IMG/VR virus record: IMGVR_UViG_3300042471_000228 | Location: 28,522-92,521 of that record | Source of the DNA: a virus | Reading direction: 5' to 3' (one strand) | DNA: 64,000 nucleotides | Shown: positions 20,701-30,800 of the stretch, piece after piece | Position numbering within the stretch: position 1 is the first letter of the stretch | How the letters are laid out: the number at the start of each line of letters is the position of its first letter | Program-made: the position numbers and the translations under genes | Notes under the pieces: generated by a model | What the model saw: the letters and a program-made list of their open reading frames with translations, nothing else | The model's database searches: none | Told to the model about the DNA's origin: nothing

Positions 20701-22908
20701 TAAACCTATTACAGCTGATATAAAGAATACTAGGTTGGTTGGTAACTTCTCTAACGGGTGACCGTCTACAGGTGCAAAAGTTCCTTTGATATTTTGATAC
20801 CTACCTAATTGTTTATATAGATGTAATTCGTTTGCTGATAGAAAAGGATTTTTAAATTGAGTATCTGGTGAATGAAAACTTAAAAAACTTTGACTATAAT
20901 CTGTTAGAAAGTTAGATGGATTGTTCCAAGCACCATCACTACCTGTTGTATACTGAGATGGGTTACCTGAATAGAACGGAAGTTTAGTTAACGACTTATC
21001 AGCACCTCTAAAGTTATAAGGATAGTTTTGATAGTAAATTGTTTCATTATCTACGTTTTTATACGAACGCATATTTTTAACAACACCCTTTGCAATAATA
21101 GATCTATTACCATCACGAGAACTTCTTAGAATTTCATATGCAACAATACCGGGAATTGGATTACCATCGTTATCAAGAGGTGTATATATATTTTTAAAAC
21201 GTACTCCTAATATTCTAATTGCACGCGCAGTGTTTTTAATTTCATATGAAGATGCGTTTAAAACAGGATTTCTTGTTATACCCAATCCTTCTGTTCCTTG
21301 TAAATTAGTTGGTGAATAATCTAATATTTCACCAGGCATCTTATGATGACGAATAGGTTTACCACATAAGTCATGATTAGGATTTCCTGAATTTGACCAA
21401 GTATGATAAGAGGAATTCCATACTTCTGGTTTAGTATCAGGATACTTTTCCGTAGATTCCCAATAACCCATCTTACCAGTAGCTATTGTTTTAAAAGGAA
21501 TCACTTGCTCAGTGTCTTGTAAGTTTACATCTAAAGATGTTACATATGCAGTATTAACACTTCTCCAAAAAGGATCTGTAGTTAAATTTGTTAGATTATT
21601 AAATACAGAAGCTTGATGGGCGACGTCATTAGAACTTCCGGGAGATAATATTTCATATTCAGTTCCGTGATTATCAATTTCTCTACCCACTTCTTTTGCT
21701 CTACCAGGAATATGATAAGAACTACTGTAGTCACCTGTATTATAAACGAATCTAATCCAGAATGCATATTGTTCATCACGCATATAACCGGTAACATTTC
21801 CACCTTTTCTATAATAATCAATAGGTGCTTCTATCATTACCCATTCTGTTTCAATTTTATTAGCAATAGGTTGATAATTAAAATCAAAACGTCCTGTAGG
21901 AGAAGTTCTTAACATGTAAGGACCATTAACAAAAATACCTTCTGACTTCTCAATTACTTGAGATCGTATTGGAATTTGCTCAATAGGTATTGTAGGTAAA
22001 CTTTCATTTATATAATCGATGGCAATTTCTACATCTCCCTTTGTACTATATAGACCGATCCTCTTAGCACTAGTTTGTTGATTTATAGTTCTTACTATAA
22101 CTAATTCAAACTCATCAAATGTTTTAGAATCTAATCCACGGATTGTTAACTCTAAAGATCCTGATGCATTAGCATGAGAAAATAAAGGTTGTACTATACT
22201 AGGTGAGTAATATTCTGTAACCTTCTGTCCATTTACGGAATATGCAATAACTGCATAATAAGATCCATTAAGTAGTGTACCAGAAGATGCTCCTTTCCTA
22301 ATCTCAATACAAGGTGTTGAAATTAATCTAGCGAGTCTTATTTCCTCACAGTCTAGTGTATATGGTGTACTTGGTTGACAATCAACACAATCTGGATCAG
22401 AGTTAACATCTTCACAAATATATGGTACACCAGGCCATGGTTGTTCGAACGGTCCTAATCTAACATCACCTATGTTAAGAGTTCTATCAGGATTAACACC
22501 ATCAGACCAATAAACCTGAAAAGTACAGTCAAAGTTCTCTTTAGATGTTCCTATAATAAGATTCGACTTTTTAAAATTCAAACAAGAGTCATTGACTACT
22601 TTAGTATATAGACAGTTACCTTCTGTAAATATTCCTATTTCTGAATTAAGATCGTTTGTTGAAAAGATTAAAAAGTGATCACTTGTAATTCTAATTTGAC
22701 CTATAATCGTATAGGGTGCTAATGCACATAGTTTATTACCTTGTTCGTTACCTATTATCCCTTGATCACCACCTACCGTAAAGTTTGTTGCGTTACGTGC
22801 ATGTGACCATGTACCTTCTGGATAGAAGATATCATCATAGTCTTTGATCAGACCTTTATTAAAAATTTCTGATTCTTGACTGATGGATGAATCTTTAGAC
22901 TTTGCCAT
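17710..22908 (-). CDS. Tail stabilisation/muzzle protein (crAss-like Tstab)
   Basis: 1732 aa; FNKGL...WSHARNA...GNEQGN N-terminus, YMRDEQYAFWI, CGKPIRHHKMP, WTISYDP...WISFHDW; follows the ring genes. Confidence 0.85.
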   Translation of the reverse strand: MAKSKDSSISQESEIFNKGLIKDYDDIFYPEGTWSHARNATNFTVGGDQGIIGNEQGNKLCALAPYTIIGQIRITSDHFLIFSTNDLNSEIGIFTEGNCLYTKVVNDSCLNFKKSNLIIGTSKENFDCTFQVYWSDGVNPDRTLNIGDVRLGPFEQPWPGVPYICEDVNSDPDCVDCQPSTPYTLDCEEIRLARLISTPCIEIRKGASSGTLLNGSYYAVIAYSVNGQKVTEYYSPSIVQPLFSHANASGSLELTIRGLDSKTFDEFELVIVRTINQQTSAKRIGLYSTKGDVEIAIDYINESLPTIPIEQIPIRSQVIEKSEGIFVNGPYMLRTSPTGRFDFNYQPIANKIETEWVMIEAPIDYYRKGGNVTGYMRDEQYAFWIRFVYNTGDYSSSYHIPGRAKEVGREIDNHGTEYEILSPGSSNDVAHQASVFNNLTNLTTDPFWRSVNTAYVTSLDVNLQDTEQVIPFKTIATGKMGYWESTEKYPDTKPEVWNSSYHTWSNSGNPNHDLCGKPIRHHKMPGEILDYSPTNLQGTEGLGITRNPVLNASSYEIKNTARAIRILGVRFKNIYTPLDNDGNPIPGIVAYEILRSSRDGNRSIIAKGVVKNMRSYKNVDNETIYYQNYPYNFRGADKSLTKLPFYSGNPSQYTTGSDGAWNNPSNFLTDYSQSFLSFHSPDTQFKNPFLSANELHLYKQLGRYQNIKGTFAPVDGHPLEKLPTNLVFFISAVIGLGLAGKSVHGKHTRVLKSGRTSNLVGALPANPAPALAALDESALESRFPGFTRIFTEAVTGVNPAVTTYLIANAVGDAALLTPGVTGEGSTREITIEPSDQNYLPTLLRGAVGVVTYLNYFAEGAQSVFNILLNIMSYTQYAQAYTSHGYFHYSSKGNVDIATNSRRFIKDAGYIDNQLQSIGDKTINNLYRGRFVALDLIGNLNDPSGTDDSLKILSDRVTAANITDEGISRPFYSNSYMYYGALKLAFRNQYGQLTSVKQLTTRCRFPYKPLLNISNIYTVPVIAESSLVFGGDVYIGRYTEKNTFFYFYDWLSNQPDGTEFDYRLRTMVSNPRFWADFTKFDITSFLNTALNKAVDGNFGQMLEGLPTNMFNLDLDEQLTVSSYINASSEEDPGIFSGLLDFINSASDAIDGSAVNNMKSANRLRFLKKNAYFYLFQSGVIDLFVESEINIDLRDWGEDPSERHYDPYAYTNLRELFDIDHIKSGNYFKYDISLSVSKIFNNFISWGNMQPTYYNPSVAETCFTYYPNRVIYSLPQQDEAVKDYWRVFLPNNYKDFTSKPISVKQISKNGALLLFETQSPAQFLGVDTLQTDTGTKITIGDGGLFSQPLQYLTNADAEFQHGSCQNRLSVTNTPAGVYYLSQSQGKVFAVTGNGIEEISAAAMRWWFNKYLPYQLIKDFPNYYLTDNPVVGIGCQSVFDNTNQILYFSKRDFRRRRDFAGSFQYAPQYGYNKFLINDSIQVTLGDPDYFEDCSWTISYDPKNKMWISFHDWHPELTISSKNYFITTKTLQSQAGGIWKHNDNDYEFCRYYGISYPFEIEFIAATGQTVNTLKSLEYDLECYTYDIDGIDMYHVLDFNFDHAIVHNTEQVSGVLNLNLNPKGNPIAALQYPKINPTSIDIIFSKEEQKYRFNQFWDITRDRGEFTYPNVQQPIWNTELNGYKRDLNINNLDYQKASFERKKFRHYTTHVLLSRSVSGPVKMLFKITNVKNQYSPR

Positions 22909-22910
22909 GT

Positions 22911-23816
22911 TTAGACAGCGTTATTTATATTAAACTGAGTAGGGTGAGAATATGATTTGAACATGTCATAGTACTTAGAGTACATTGCTTTTCTATTCAT
23001 CGCCCATACTTTTTGCATTTCGGAGAAGTTCGGTGTATTCACAATACTTAATGCATTGTTTCTTGCTGCACGAAGTTCCGCATTAACCAACTGAAATTGA
23101 TTACTGACTGTAGGATTACCATCCATAAGCATATTCTCTAATATACGTTTCTTAAGAGCATACTCATAGAATTCATTTATCATCGGATGATCCACAACTA
23201 GCAAGTTACCATCATCGTCTTCCATATTACCTTGGTAGTTAATATATAAGTTTCCGGTTTCAATATTCGTAAATATAAAACCATCTTTGATATAACCTTC
23301 ATCTTTTCCTTTATAATTAAGATCTGCACAATCACAATTGATCATGTATGAATTCTTAAATCTTAAAGGTGTTAGCATATCGTAAGTGCGAGTTTCTGTC
23401 CCTATTACTTGAATCAAACTATATGTAGTACCACATTGAGTTAGACAAGTTGATTCTGGAGGAAGTGTTGTTCCTGAACAAAGATTTGATTCAACCCAAG
23501 GTTTATAACTAGGCACTACTTCTTGAATATTAGTACCTTGTGGTACTTGTGTAGTAATACTATATGATCCGCAGATTAATGCAAAGTTCATTACGTGAAA
23601 GTTCTCAGGAAGTCTTGCTCGATAGTGTTCAATCTCAAGGACTTTCTCCATGGTCTTTTCTACACGCAATCCTAGATCATAATTAACCTTCATGGCAATC
23701 TTAATAAGTTGCGCAGGTTCAATAGCACCATCTGTAGCAATACTTCTTAGATCCGTTCTAACGTCTTCTAATAAAGATTCAAATGTTCTATATTTGAGAG
23801 TGTAATTGTAGTTCAT
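22911..23816 (-). CDS. Tail ring/tubular protein
   Basis: 301 aa; YINYQG...DDDGNLLV motif; synteny. Confidence 0.75.
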   Translation of the reverse strand: MNYNYTLKYRTFESLLEDVRTDLRSIATDGAIEPAQLIKIAMKVNYDLGLRVEKTMEKVLEIEHYRARLPENFHVMNFALICGSYSITTQVPQGTNIQEVVPSYKPWVESNLCSGTTLPPESTCLTQCGTTYSLIQVIGTETRTYDMLTPLRFKNSYMINCDCADLNYKGKDEGYIKDGFIFTNIETGNLYINYQGNMEDDDGNLLVVDHPMINEFYEYALKKRILENMLMDGNPTVSNQFQLVNAELRAARNNALSIVNTPNFSEMQKVWAMNRKAMYSKYYDMFKSYSHPTQFNINNAV

Positions 23817-23818
23817 AA

Positions 23819-24484
23819 TTATCTAAGTAAGCTTTGTTTATCAGCTGGTGCAGGATCTGTATTTATCTGCATGCTTCTCATGAAGTCATTTATAACCTGT
23901 TGTTCTATTTGTGCAAATAAATCACCTGGAATATTTAAGTATTGTGATTGAACAGATTGACACTCATTATCACAAGTTAATCCGGAAATCGATCCTTCAA
24001 ATATTCCATCTATCTGAGCACTGTCCCATTCTACATTAGGAATGAATAAGTACCCATCTAATAACCAGTAATACTTTTTCTTATTATATTTGAATCCAGA
24101 TGTTTTTTGTAATGACGTGTATAACTGAGGAGTGGTTCTAAATACTTCAACTGATCCATCTATTGATGCGACAGTTCTTAGTAATGGACCATTAGATCCT
24201 TCTAATATAGAGGGCAGCTTTTCTTTTGACCTTTTAATTTTAACACCAGACTGAACCTCACAACAAGCGGCAACTTTATCCACCTCAATAAGATCAATGC
24301 AAGGTATTCTTTTATATAAAGAATTAAACTTTGCTTGCGATGTTTGTCCATCTTGACGTTTGATAAACATCTTAGCATACTTAAGTATGTTACTGTAAAT
24401 CAAACGGTCTGTGATAAAAGAATCAGCATCAACAGCTTTGATTCCATTACGTACTCGTGATATTGCTTCAGCGATTGTATTCAT
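23819..24484 (-). CDS. Tail ring/neck protein
   Basis: 221 aa; CIDLIEVD...RSKEKLP...YYWLLDGYLFI; synteny. Confidence 0.7.
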   Translation of the reverse strand: MNTIAEAISRVRNGIKAVDADSFITDRLIYSNILKYAKMFIKRQDGQTSQAKFNSLYKRIPCIDLIEVDKVAACCEVQSGVKIKRSKEKLPSILEGSNGPLLRTVASIDGSVEVFRTTPQLYTSLQKTSGFKYNKKKYYWLLDGYLFIPNVEWDSAQIDGIFEGSISGLTCDNECQSVQSQYLNIPGDLFAQIEQQVINDFMRSMQINTDPAPADKQSLLR

Positions 24485-25047
24485 TATTCAAATTCATTAT
24501 AGTCTTCAGAGACATTTGTTTTCTTTCTAGTTTTTTGTTTATGGTAGTTAGATATATAATCCTTACCATTAACCTCTACATACATTTTCCAGTTCTCTGG
24601 AAATACCTTAGCGACCAATCGCTTAAACTCACGAGCTGGTTTAAATATCCACAAAGTACTATCTTCTATTCTATACTTTACATTAGTGTTAGTATAGAAT
24701 ATCTTACCCAATTGACCATCGGTTGTCCAGTTCTTGTGCATTACTTTTACACCGTACTTAATAGACTTTCCAAAGTCAATGTTTTCTTTCTGAACTAAGT
24801 GACAACTTCCTATAAACACTCTACCAATACCTTGTGATAGATCTACTCCTTCTCTCGTATTTATAATAGCATCAACGACTTTCTCTTTGTTAAAGTTGCG
24901 GATGATCTTTGTTATCTCACTCTTCTTATACTTTTTAAACTCAGGATACTTTTCATAGAGTGTCTTGAAAAATGTTTCATCATGCACCATCTTTCTGGGT
25001 ACTCTATATCGAGGTTTATTAAGATTAGGTTTTCTAAAGTTCTCCAT
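24484..25047 (-). CDS. IHF/HU-like basic protein of the crAss-like structural module
   Basis: 187 aa, basic; GVDLSQGIGRVFI...IDFGKS...FKPAREFKR. Confidence 0.65.
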   Translation of the reverse strand: MENFRKPNLNKPRYRVPRKMVHDETFFKTLYEKYPEFKKYKKSEITKIIRNFNKEKVVDAIINTREGVDLSQGIGRVFIGSCHLVQKENIDFGKSIKYGVKVMHKNWTTDGQLGKIFYTNTNVKYRIEDSTLWIFKPAREFKRLVAKVFPENWKMYVEVNGKDYISNYHKQKTRKKTNVSEDYNEFE

Positions 25048-25113
25048 AGTCCTTATTATAATTTACAAAATTTATTCGAGGTTTGAAAGATACAACGCAT
25101 TTAAGTGATATCC

Positions 25114-25142
25114 AAAACGAAAAACCCCAGTTTCCCGGGGTT
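25114..25142 (-). terminator. Intrinsic terminator
   Basis: Minus strand AACCCCGG-GAAA-CTGGGGTT followed by TTTCGTTTT. Confidence 0.85.
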
Positions 25143-25151
25143 CTTCTTTGG

Positions 25152-25181
25152 TAGTCACGCTAAACCAACAAACGTAGACTA
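25152..25181 (-). ncRNA. Candidate 3'-UTR stem-loop RNA with loop UUUGUUGGUUUAG
   Basis: TAGTC-ACG/CGT-A-GACTA stem; the 13-nt loop is complementary to the AAACCAAC leader motif of four genes; directly followed by a terminator. Confidence 0.5.
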
Positions 25182-25182
25182 T

Positions 25183-25731
25183 TTATAAATTAGTTGTAAA
25201 TGATATAACTGCAGTAATACTAAATTGAATATCGCAGTTAGTAGTAAGTCGAGCGTAATAAGTTGTTCCAGCGGTTAAATTCTGAACTGTAATTGAGTTA
25301 TTGGTTATGTTTGAAATAGTACTGATTTCATCAAATGTTGGTGTAGTACTAATTTCCAATGTATATGTATCACCTAATTCTATTGTATTAGTCCAGCTAA
25401 ATACAACAGCTGTAGTACCTAGGTAACTTAAATGTAAGTCTGTAGGACATGGACAAACAGCGTCCCAAGATGTTAAAGACAGCATCTGATATACTTGTTC
25501 TAAAGTAGTATTAGGAGTAATCTCTAAACCTGTAAATCCAAGACCATTTATAGCATTGAAAATAGTATAGTTAGGTCTGTGTTTAACACACGTATCTAAA
25601 ATAGTCTCACTACAAGGACTAGGATCTGGAAACAATGGATCTGGTGGACACTGTGGTACAAATGGTACTACCACCGGAGTGTCTTTACAACCACAAGTGT
25701 TGTTTGATGTATTACATTTAGTGCAAGCCAT
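25183..25731 (-). CDS. Cys-rich protein with C-terminal FN3 domain
   Basis: CPTDLHLSYLGTTAVVFSWT...NLTAGTTYYARLTTNC. Confidence 0.7.
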   Translation of the reverse strand: MACTKCNTSNNTCGCKDTPVVVPFVPQCPPDPLFPDPSPCSETILDTCVKHRPNYTIFNAINGLGFTGLEITPNTTLEQVYQMLSLTSWDAVCPCPTDLHLSYLGTTAVVFSWTNTIELGDTYTLEISTTPTFDEISTISNITNNSITVQNLTAGTTYYARLTTNCDIQFSITAVISFTTNL

Positions 25732-25746
25732 GATTATCTTTAGTTA

Positions 25747-27255
25747 TTATAAAGTTGTTATTGGTATAAATGCTCCGTATCTTACGTATGTTCCGATTTG
25801 AGTACCAATTCTTATGTTATAATTTGTACTAGAAGCTAAACCTAAGAATTGACCAAGTGTCTCTAAAGCAGACTGAGGATTTACAATAGATATTGCAGAA
25901 CCAACAGGTGTAGTTGCTGTAGAATCATATAACTGAACATGGAATGTTTTAGATAATGATGGAGCACCTGGATCTGTAAAACTGAACGCTATATCATTTG
26001 CTGCAGGAATCAATGTCAAAGTTGGAATCATAGCTGCATTTTCAAAGAATACAGATATTGTTGACGTACAAGCTATTGAACTACTTCCTGTTTCAATACA
26101 GTATGTAAGAATAACATTGTAGTCTGTCCATTGTGTAACAGATGATGTACTAAGATTAAGTGAAATAGGTGTAGCATTAATAGTTGAAATAATACTTGGT
26201 GTAGTATTATACATGTTGTTATACATGTCTTTTACTGTAAGTACTGTACCAGTTGTGCAGTCCGTAGATGTAGATGGAATACTACCTAACAAAGGAATTG
26301 TCAATGTAGGTGCTGCATATATTAATGATCCGAAGTATATATCAACAGTGTTACATACTAATGAATCATTACAGCATGTATTTAAAATATTATCTACAGC
26401 GGATCTAAGATCACAAACTGTTAACCATAGATTGTTAATAGCATCTGCTGCAGATGCATACTGACCACCAGCAACCCAACCGGAAATATTAGACATGATC
26501 CCGTTTCCGTATAATGTAGGAGAACTATCTAGATTACTACACTGTTTTTGAATAGCTGAATAAACTTTTGAAGGATCTCCTACAGCACTTTTCAATTGAC
26601 AAAATTGTTGCTCTAGTGTTTGGCAAAATATAGTTACTTGAACTACATTTCCTGGGAAAAGACAATTTGATAAAGCACTTGGAATTACAGGTGCATAGTT
26701 ATTAATCCAGTTTTCAACTGATAATAAACGAGCACCCTGATTAGCAACTGTAGATTGAAGTGCAGAAAACTGAGTCGATAAAGTACAAACTTTTGTTCCT
26801 ATTGCAGCAGCATAGTCTGCAATATTCATGGTTGTTATATTATTTCCAAAGTTGTCTGTGTATTGAAAACATTGTGCTACTGTTATAACACAATCTGGAC
26901 AGTTACCAGTAGCTTGAACATTAGTTGTTAAATTAGTACTTGTTGGAGGTGTAGTTACTACAGTTTGATTACAACAATTATTAAGTTCACATAGCTTGTC
27001 AATCAAAAATTGAACAAGTTGTTGAAAGTTATCAGGTTTAGGACAAACTGGTTCAAAGCATGTTAAGTCATAATTTAATATGTCAGTTTGTTCTAAAACT
27101 GTACACAATTCCAAAGCAAGCTTATAAGTAACATCACTTACAGTATCACCTTTCTGAAGATTGATACACGCGATATCTGGTCCTTGCCAAGTAACACAGT
27201 TACTTGATATAGGATTGCAGTTCTGCTGATTATTTGAAGGTTTTACAGGAGTCAT
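25747..27255 (-). CDS. Cys-rich coiled-coil fibre-like protein with C-terminal FN3-like domain
   Basis: 502 aa; SSNCVTWQGPDIAC; heptad segment; GLASSTNYNIRI. Confidence 0.6.
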   Translation of the reverse strand: MTPVKPSNNQQNCNPISSNCVTWQGPDIACINLQKGDTVSDVTYKLALELCTVLEQTDILNYDLTCFEPVCPKPDNFQQLVQFLIDKLCELNNCCNQTVVTTPPTSTNLTTNVQATGNCPDCVITVAQCFQYTDNFGNNITTMNIADYAAAIGTKVCTLSTQFSALQSTVANQGARLLSVENWINNYAPVIPSALSNCLFPGNVVQVTIFCQTLEQQFCQLKSAVGDPSKVYSAIQKQCSNLDSSPTLYGNGIMSNISGWVAGGQYASAADAINNLWLTVCDLRSAVDNILNTCCNDSLVCNTVDIYFGSLIYAAPTLTIPLLGSIPSTSTDCTTGTVLTVKDMYNNMYNTTPSIISTINATPISLNLSTSSVTQWTDYNVILTYCIETGSSSIACTSTISVFFENAAMIPTLTLIPAANDIAFSFTDPGAPSLSKTFHVQLYDSTATTPVGSAISIVNPQSALETLGQFLGLASSTNYNIRIGTQIGTYVRYGAFIPITTL

Positions 27256-27262
27256 CTTATAT

Positions 27263-27293
27263 ATAATTTAAGTATTTTTAAACGTCTTTCAAA
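27263..27293 (-). promoter_or_regulatory. Bacteroidota-type promoter, TTTG-N19-TAAATTAT
   Basis: Canonical -33 box and spacing with a variant -7 box, just upstream of the 27255 start. Confidence 0.55.
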
Positions 27294-27305
27294 ATTTAAT
27301 TGGGT

Positions 27306-27836
27306 TTATGTACCAGATGGTGTAGGTGTAGGTAACGGTGTTCCGGTTGGTTCTATACATACTTCAGGTTCTGGTGCAGGATCTGGTATGATACACGCAG
27401 AAGCATCATATAACTTTGCAAGATCTATTTCTCTTTTCTTAATAGTTATCTTGTTAAGATCAATATTATCACATCCAGATTCAATACCATGTTTAAGAGA
27501 CTTGAACAATTCCCAATAAGCATTTGCAAACTTAACATTAGTATCTATCTCGCACTGATCTTCTATAGTTTGTGTGAAGTTTTCAAAATACTCTGGTAAA
27601 ACCTTAGGAATGTTTTCAATTACAATATTCAAACATTCAAGACAATTATCAAAAGTTTCTGTAACTACTACAGGTTCTAAAGGTTCGATTATCTCAAAAG
27701 GATTAGGATCAATTGTAAAACAAGAGTCCTGACCAGTGATTTTAATTGTCTTACCTATATAGAACTGAATAGGTTCAGGTGCTTGTAGAGTAGATTGAAA
27801 ATTCTTGCAGTCTATTAAGTTATATCCGTTTGCCAT
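27306..27836 (-). CDS. Cys-rich structural protein
   Basis: 176 aa; YNLIDC...FDNCLECL module similar to the repeats at the end of the upstream 1068-aa protein. Confidence 0.55.
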   Translation of the reverse strand: MANGYNLIDCKNFQSTLQAPEPIQFYIGKTIKITGQDSCFTIDPNPFEIIEPLEPVVVTETFDNCLECLNIVIENIPKVLPEYFENFTQTIEDQCEIDTNVKFANAYWELFKSLKHGIESGCDNIDLNKITIKKREIDLAKLYDASACIIPDPAPEPEVCIEPTGTPLPTPTPSGT

Positions 27837-27842
27837 TTTTTA

Positions 27843-30800
27843 CTAGTTATAGTCAATACAACATTGACAGTCATCAAAAATTTGTTTAATAGTTACCTCC
27901 ATTATATCTCCTGATGTAGCTACTTCCGCAGCAGTCCAACATAAACCTGGTAACTCATTTAATTCAATAGATTTACTCAATGCTGCAGGTTCTGCAAAAA
28001 CTTCATTATCTGTATACAAGAAGATTGTAGGATCATCGCATCTTGAGAGTTTGTATAAGAATCCCGCACATGTTACACAATCTGCAAAAACATCCATTAC
28101 AATAACATCTGAGAAATTTAAAGGATCACAATAGTCTTCAGTAGTACTTTGGAAAATAAAACATCCTTCAACAGGAAGTCCATCTACTTGAATTTTTGCA
28201 ACTTGTCCTGGAACTAAATCATTAGTTGTACAATATAATGGAGTTTCAAATGTTGTGTCATCACAAGCATAAACTTTTGTTATACAAGGACTTATATCTA
28301 AGACAGATTGACAATTACAGCGAACATTGTCACCATCTTGTACAGGTGTGCAATCTCCACAATCTACAGGAATAATTGCTGTACATAGATTAGATGCAAT
28401 TGCAGGTGCCATTATATCAGCTGCATTATCGAAAGTCTCTATGTAAAAATCAGGATTTCCATCAACTCTAAGACTAGTCATTGGAATCCAAGATGGATCA
28501 ATATCTGCGGGATCACAATCCCATATACCAAGGGGATTAAATCTTCCACTAGTGTCCCCCACACAGTTAGTAGTACTACTGGTTAAAGTGATATTATTAT
28601 ATGCTATAGGTAATACTGCCCAAGATCCTACAACACTACTAAAAAGATTATAATCTAATGGATTATTACAGTATTTATACAGGAGTCGTCCAAAAGGTAT
28701 ACCTTCTGCTTGACCTGTTAATCCAAGATTACCTAAGTTTCCTCCAACTATAGGATTAGGTGGTTCATAACCAGATACTACATAATAATCTGCATTTGTT
28801 GGATCTTCTGAAGGTGGAAATATATGAGTCATCTGATCTACGAATCCTAAAATTAGTGCTCTATGTGTCAAGTAAGATTCAACTCCAAAAGCATTACCTG
28901 GATTCTGAGTTGGTGTAAGTAACTGCTGAAATGTATAAGCGGGTCCTCCATTAGGAAGTGATGATAAAAATCCTGCAGTAATAGATACACCATCCAATGT
29001 TTTAATATCATGTGCAACTTCCATTGCAGTTTTAAATGTCATACATCGATCACAATCTGTTAAAGTGGAGGAAATTCTTCCACAAGGTGTATTGTAATCA
29101 TGATACATAGGATAGGTTCTTGTTGGTGTATCTACTTCATATATAATACCTGAAGGAACTACTGTAGCATTACTTGCAAAAACACTACCTCTTAAAGTAG
29201 ATAGATTACTTGCATTAAAATAAGGTGCAGCTGTAACTTTAATTGTAGTACCATCAACAACTTCTAATATAACACCTTCATTATCTATATTAAATTTGTA
29301 TTGAGGAGGCATTCCAGAAAGCAACTTTATAGTCATACCTGCTTCAAGACCTGCTGTAGTATTTAAGGTTAACGTAGCATATTCAGGATAAGATTGTGCA
29401 ACATTACCCAATAGTATATTGGCAGCTGTATTTGTACTATCTGCTGTAGTAGTGTATTGAACTTTTGTACCATCTGTAATAGTTATTAGATTTTCAAATG
29501 GAACAGAACCTTGTGCATGTTCTACACCATTCGGCCAACCATCAGTTAATATTACCATCTTTTTAATACTATTAGGATTGTAATAATTAGTATTAAATAA
29601 AAGATTCCTAGCAGCTGCTAAACCTATTGCAGTATTTGTTCCTCCTGGAGATGAAGCTACAAAAGTATTTATGTGATCAATGCAGCCTTGTAAGTCAGAT
29701 GTTGGTGTTAATTGACTTACTAAATATGTACTAAATGTAATAGCAGCTATCCTAAGTTTGTTTTGATTTATTAAATCTACTATAGCAGCTTGATAAAAGA
29801 ACCCAGAATTAGGATCTGTAAAAAAGTTTTTTAAACCAGCAATTTCTGTTCCATTAACTGAAGGACCTACGTCAATAGCAAACACAAGATCAATAGATGG
29901 ACAATCGCATTCTCCTTCACAAATACACTGCTCTTCATCTGGATCATATGTAAATCCAGCAGGACAGACTAGATCTCCAACACTTGTACCAATACATTGA
30001 TTACTATAAATATCTTGAATATATTGAGGAGGGCATTGATCGCATTGATACCATTCTGTTTTAAAATCTAAAATTTGATTTCCTGTATTTAGTAAATACT
30101 GTGATGTTAAAGCACCATCAAAACTTATATATAGATCTAATCCTTGTGTAAAATACAAACCTGGATAAACAGATGTCTCATCATCAAATCCAATCAGTTT
30201 ATTTACTGGATTTGTTGTATTACCAGTAGGTACTTGAATAACAGACCAAGTGGATCCTAAATCTTCGGATACTATAATTTCACCAGGCACATTGTTTATA
30301 CAAAATAACTTACCTTTAGAAAAAGTAAGTGCTATAGGAAAATTTAATATAAACTGTGAAGGAAACGTATATACAGGATTGAATACAGCGCCATCATTAG
30401 TTGATTTAAATATTCCAGTTCGTGTAACAGTTACAATTGCATCGTTAACAAAATCCGCAAATAAGTTTTGAACTATCGTTCCACTTACAGGTGCAGATAT
30501 TGCATTAGGTAAAAGTTCCCATGTTATACCACCATCTAAAGTTTTAAATAATTGAGGAATAGCTGTTGAAGAACTTAGACAAATGTAACCAGATGAAATA
30601 CTATTAAAAGAAAGAGCTATTTTACTAATCGTAGCTCCTATAAAATACAGAGTAGATAGATCTACTAATAAATCAAATGTTAGTCCTGAATCAGTAGATA
30701 GAAAAATATAATTAGTATCATAGATTAGTATCCTCTCAGAACTAAGATACAAGACACCTGATCCGTTATTTGGATTTAAGTTTATAGTAGAACTATACGT

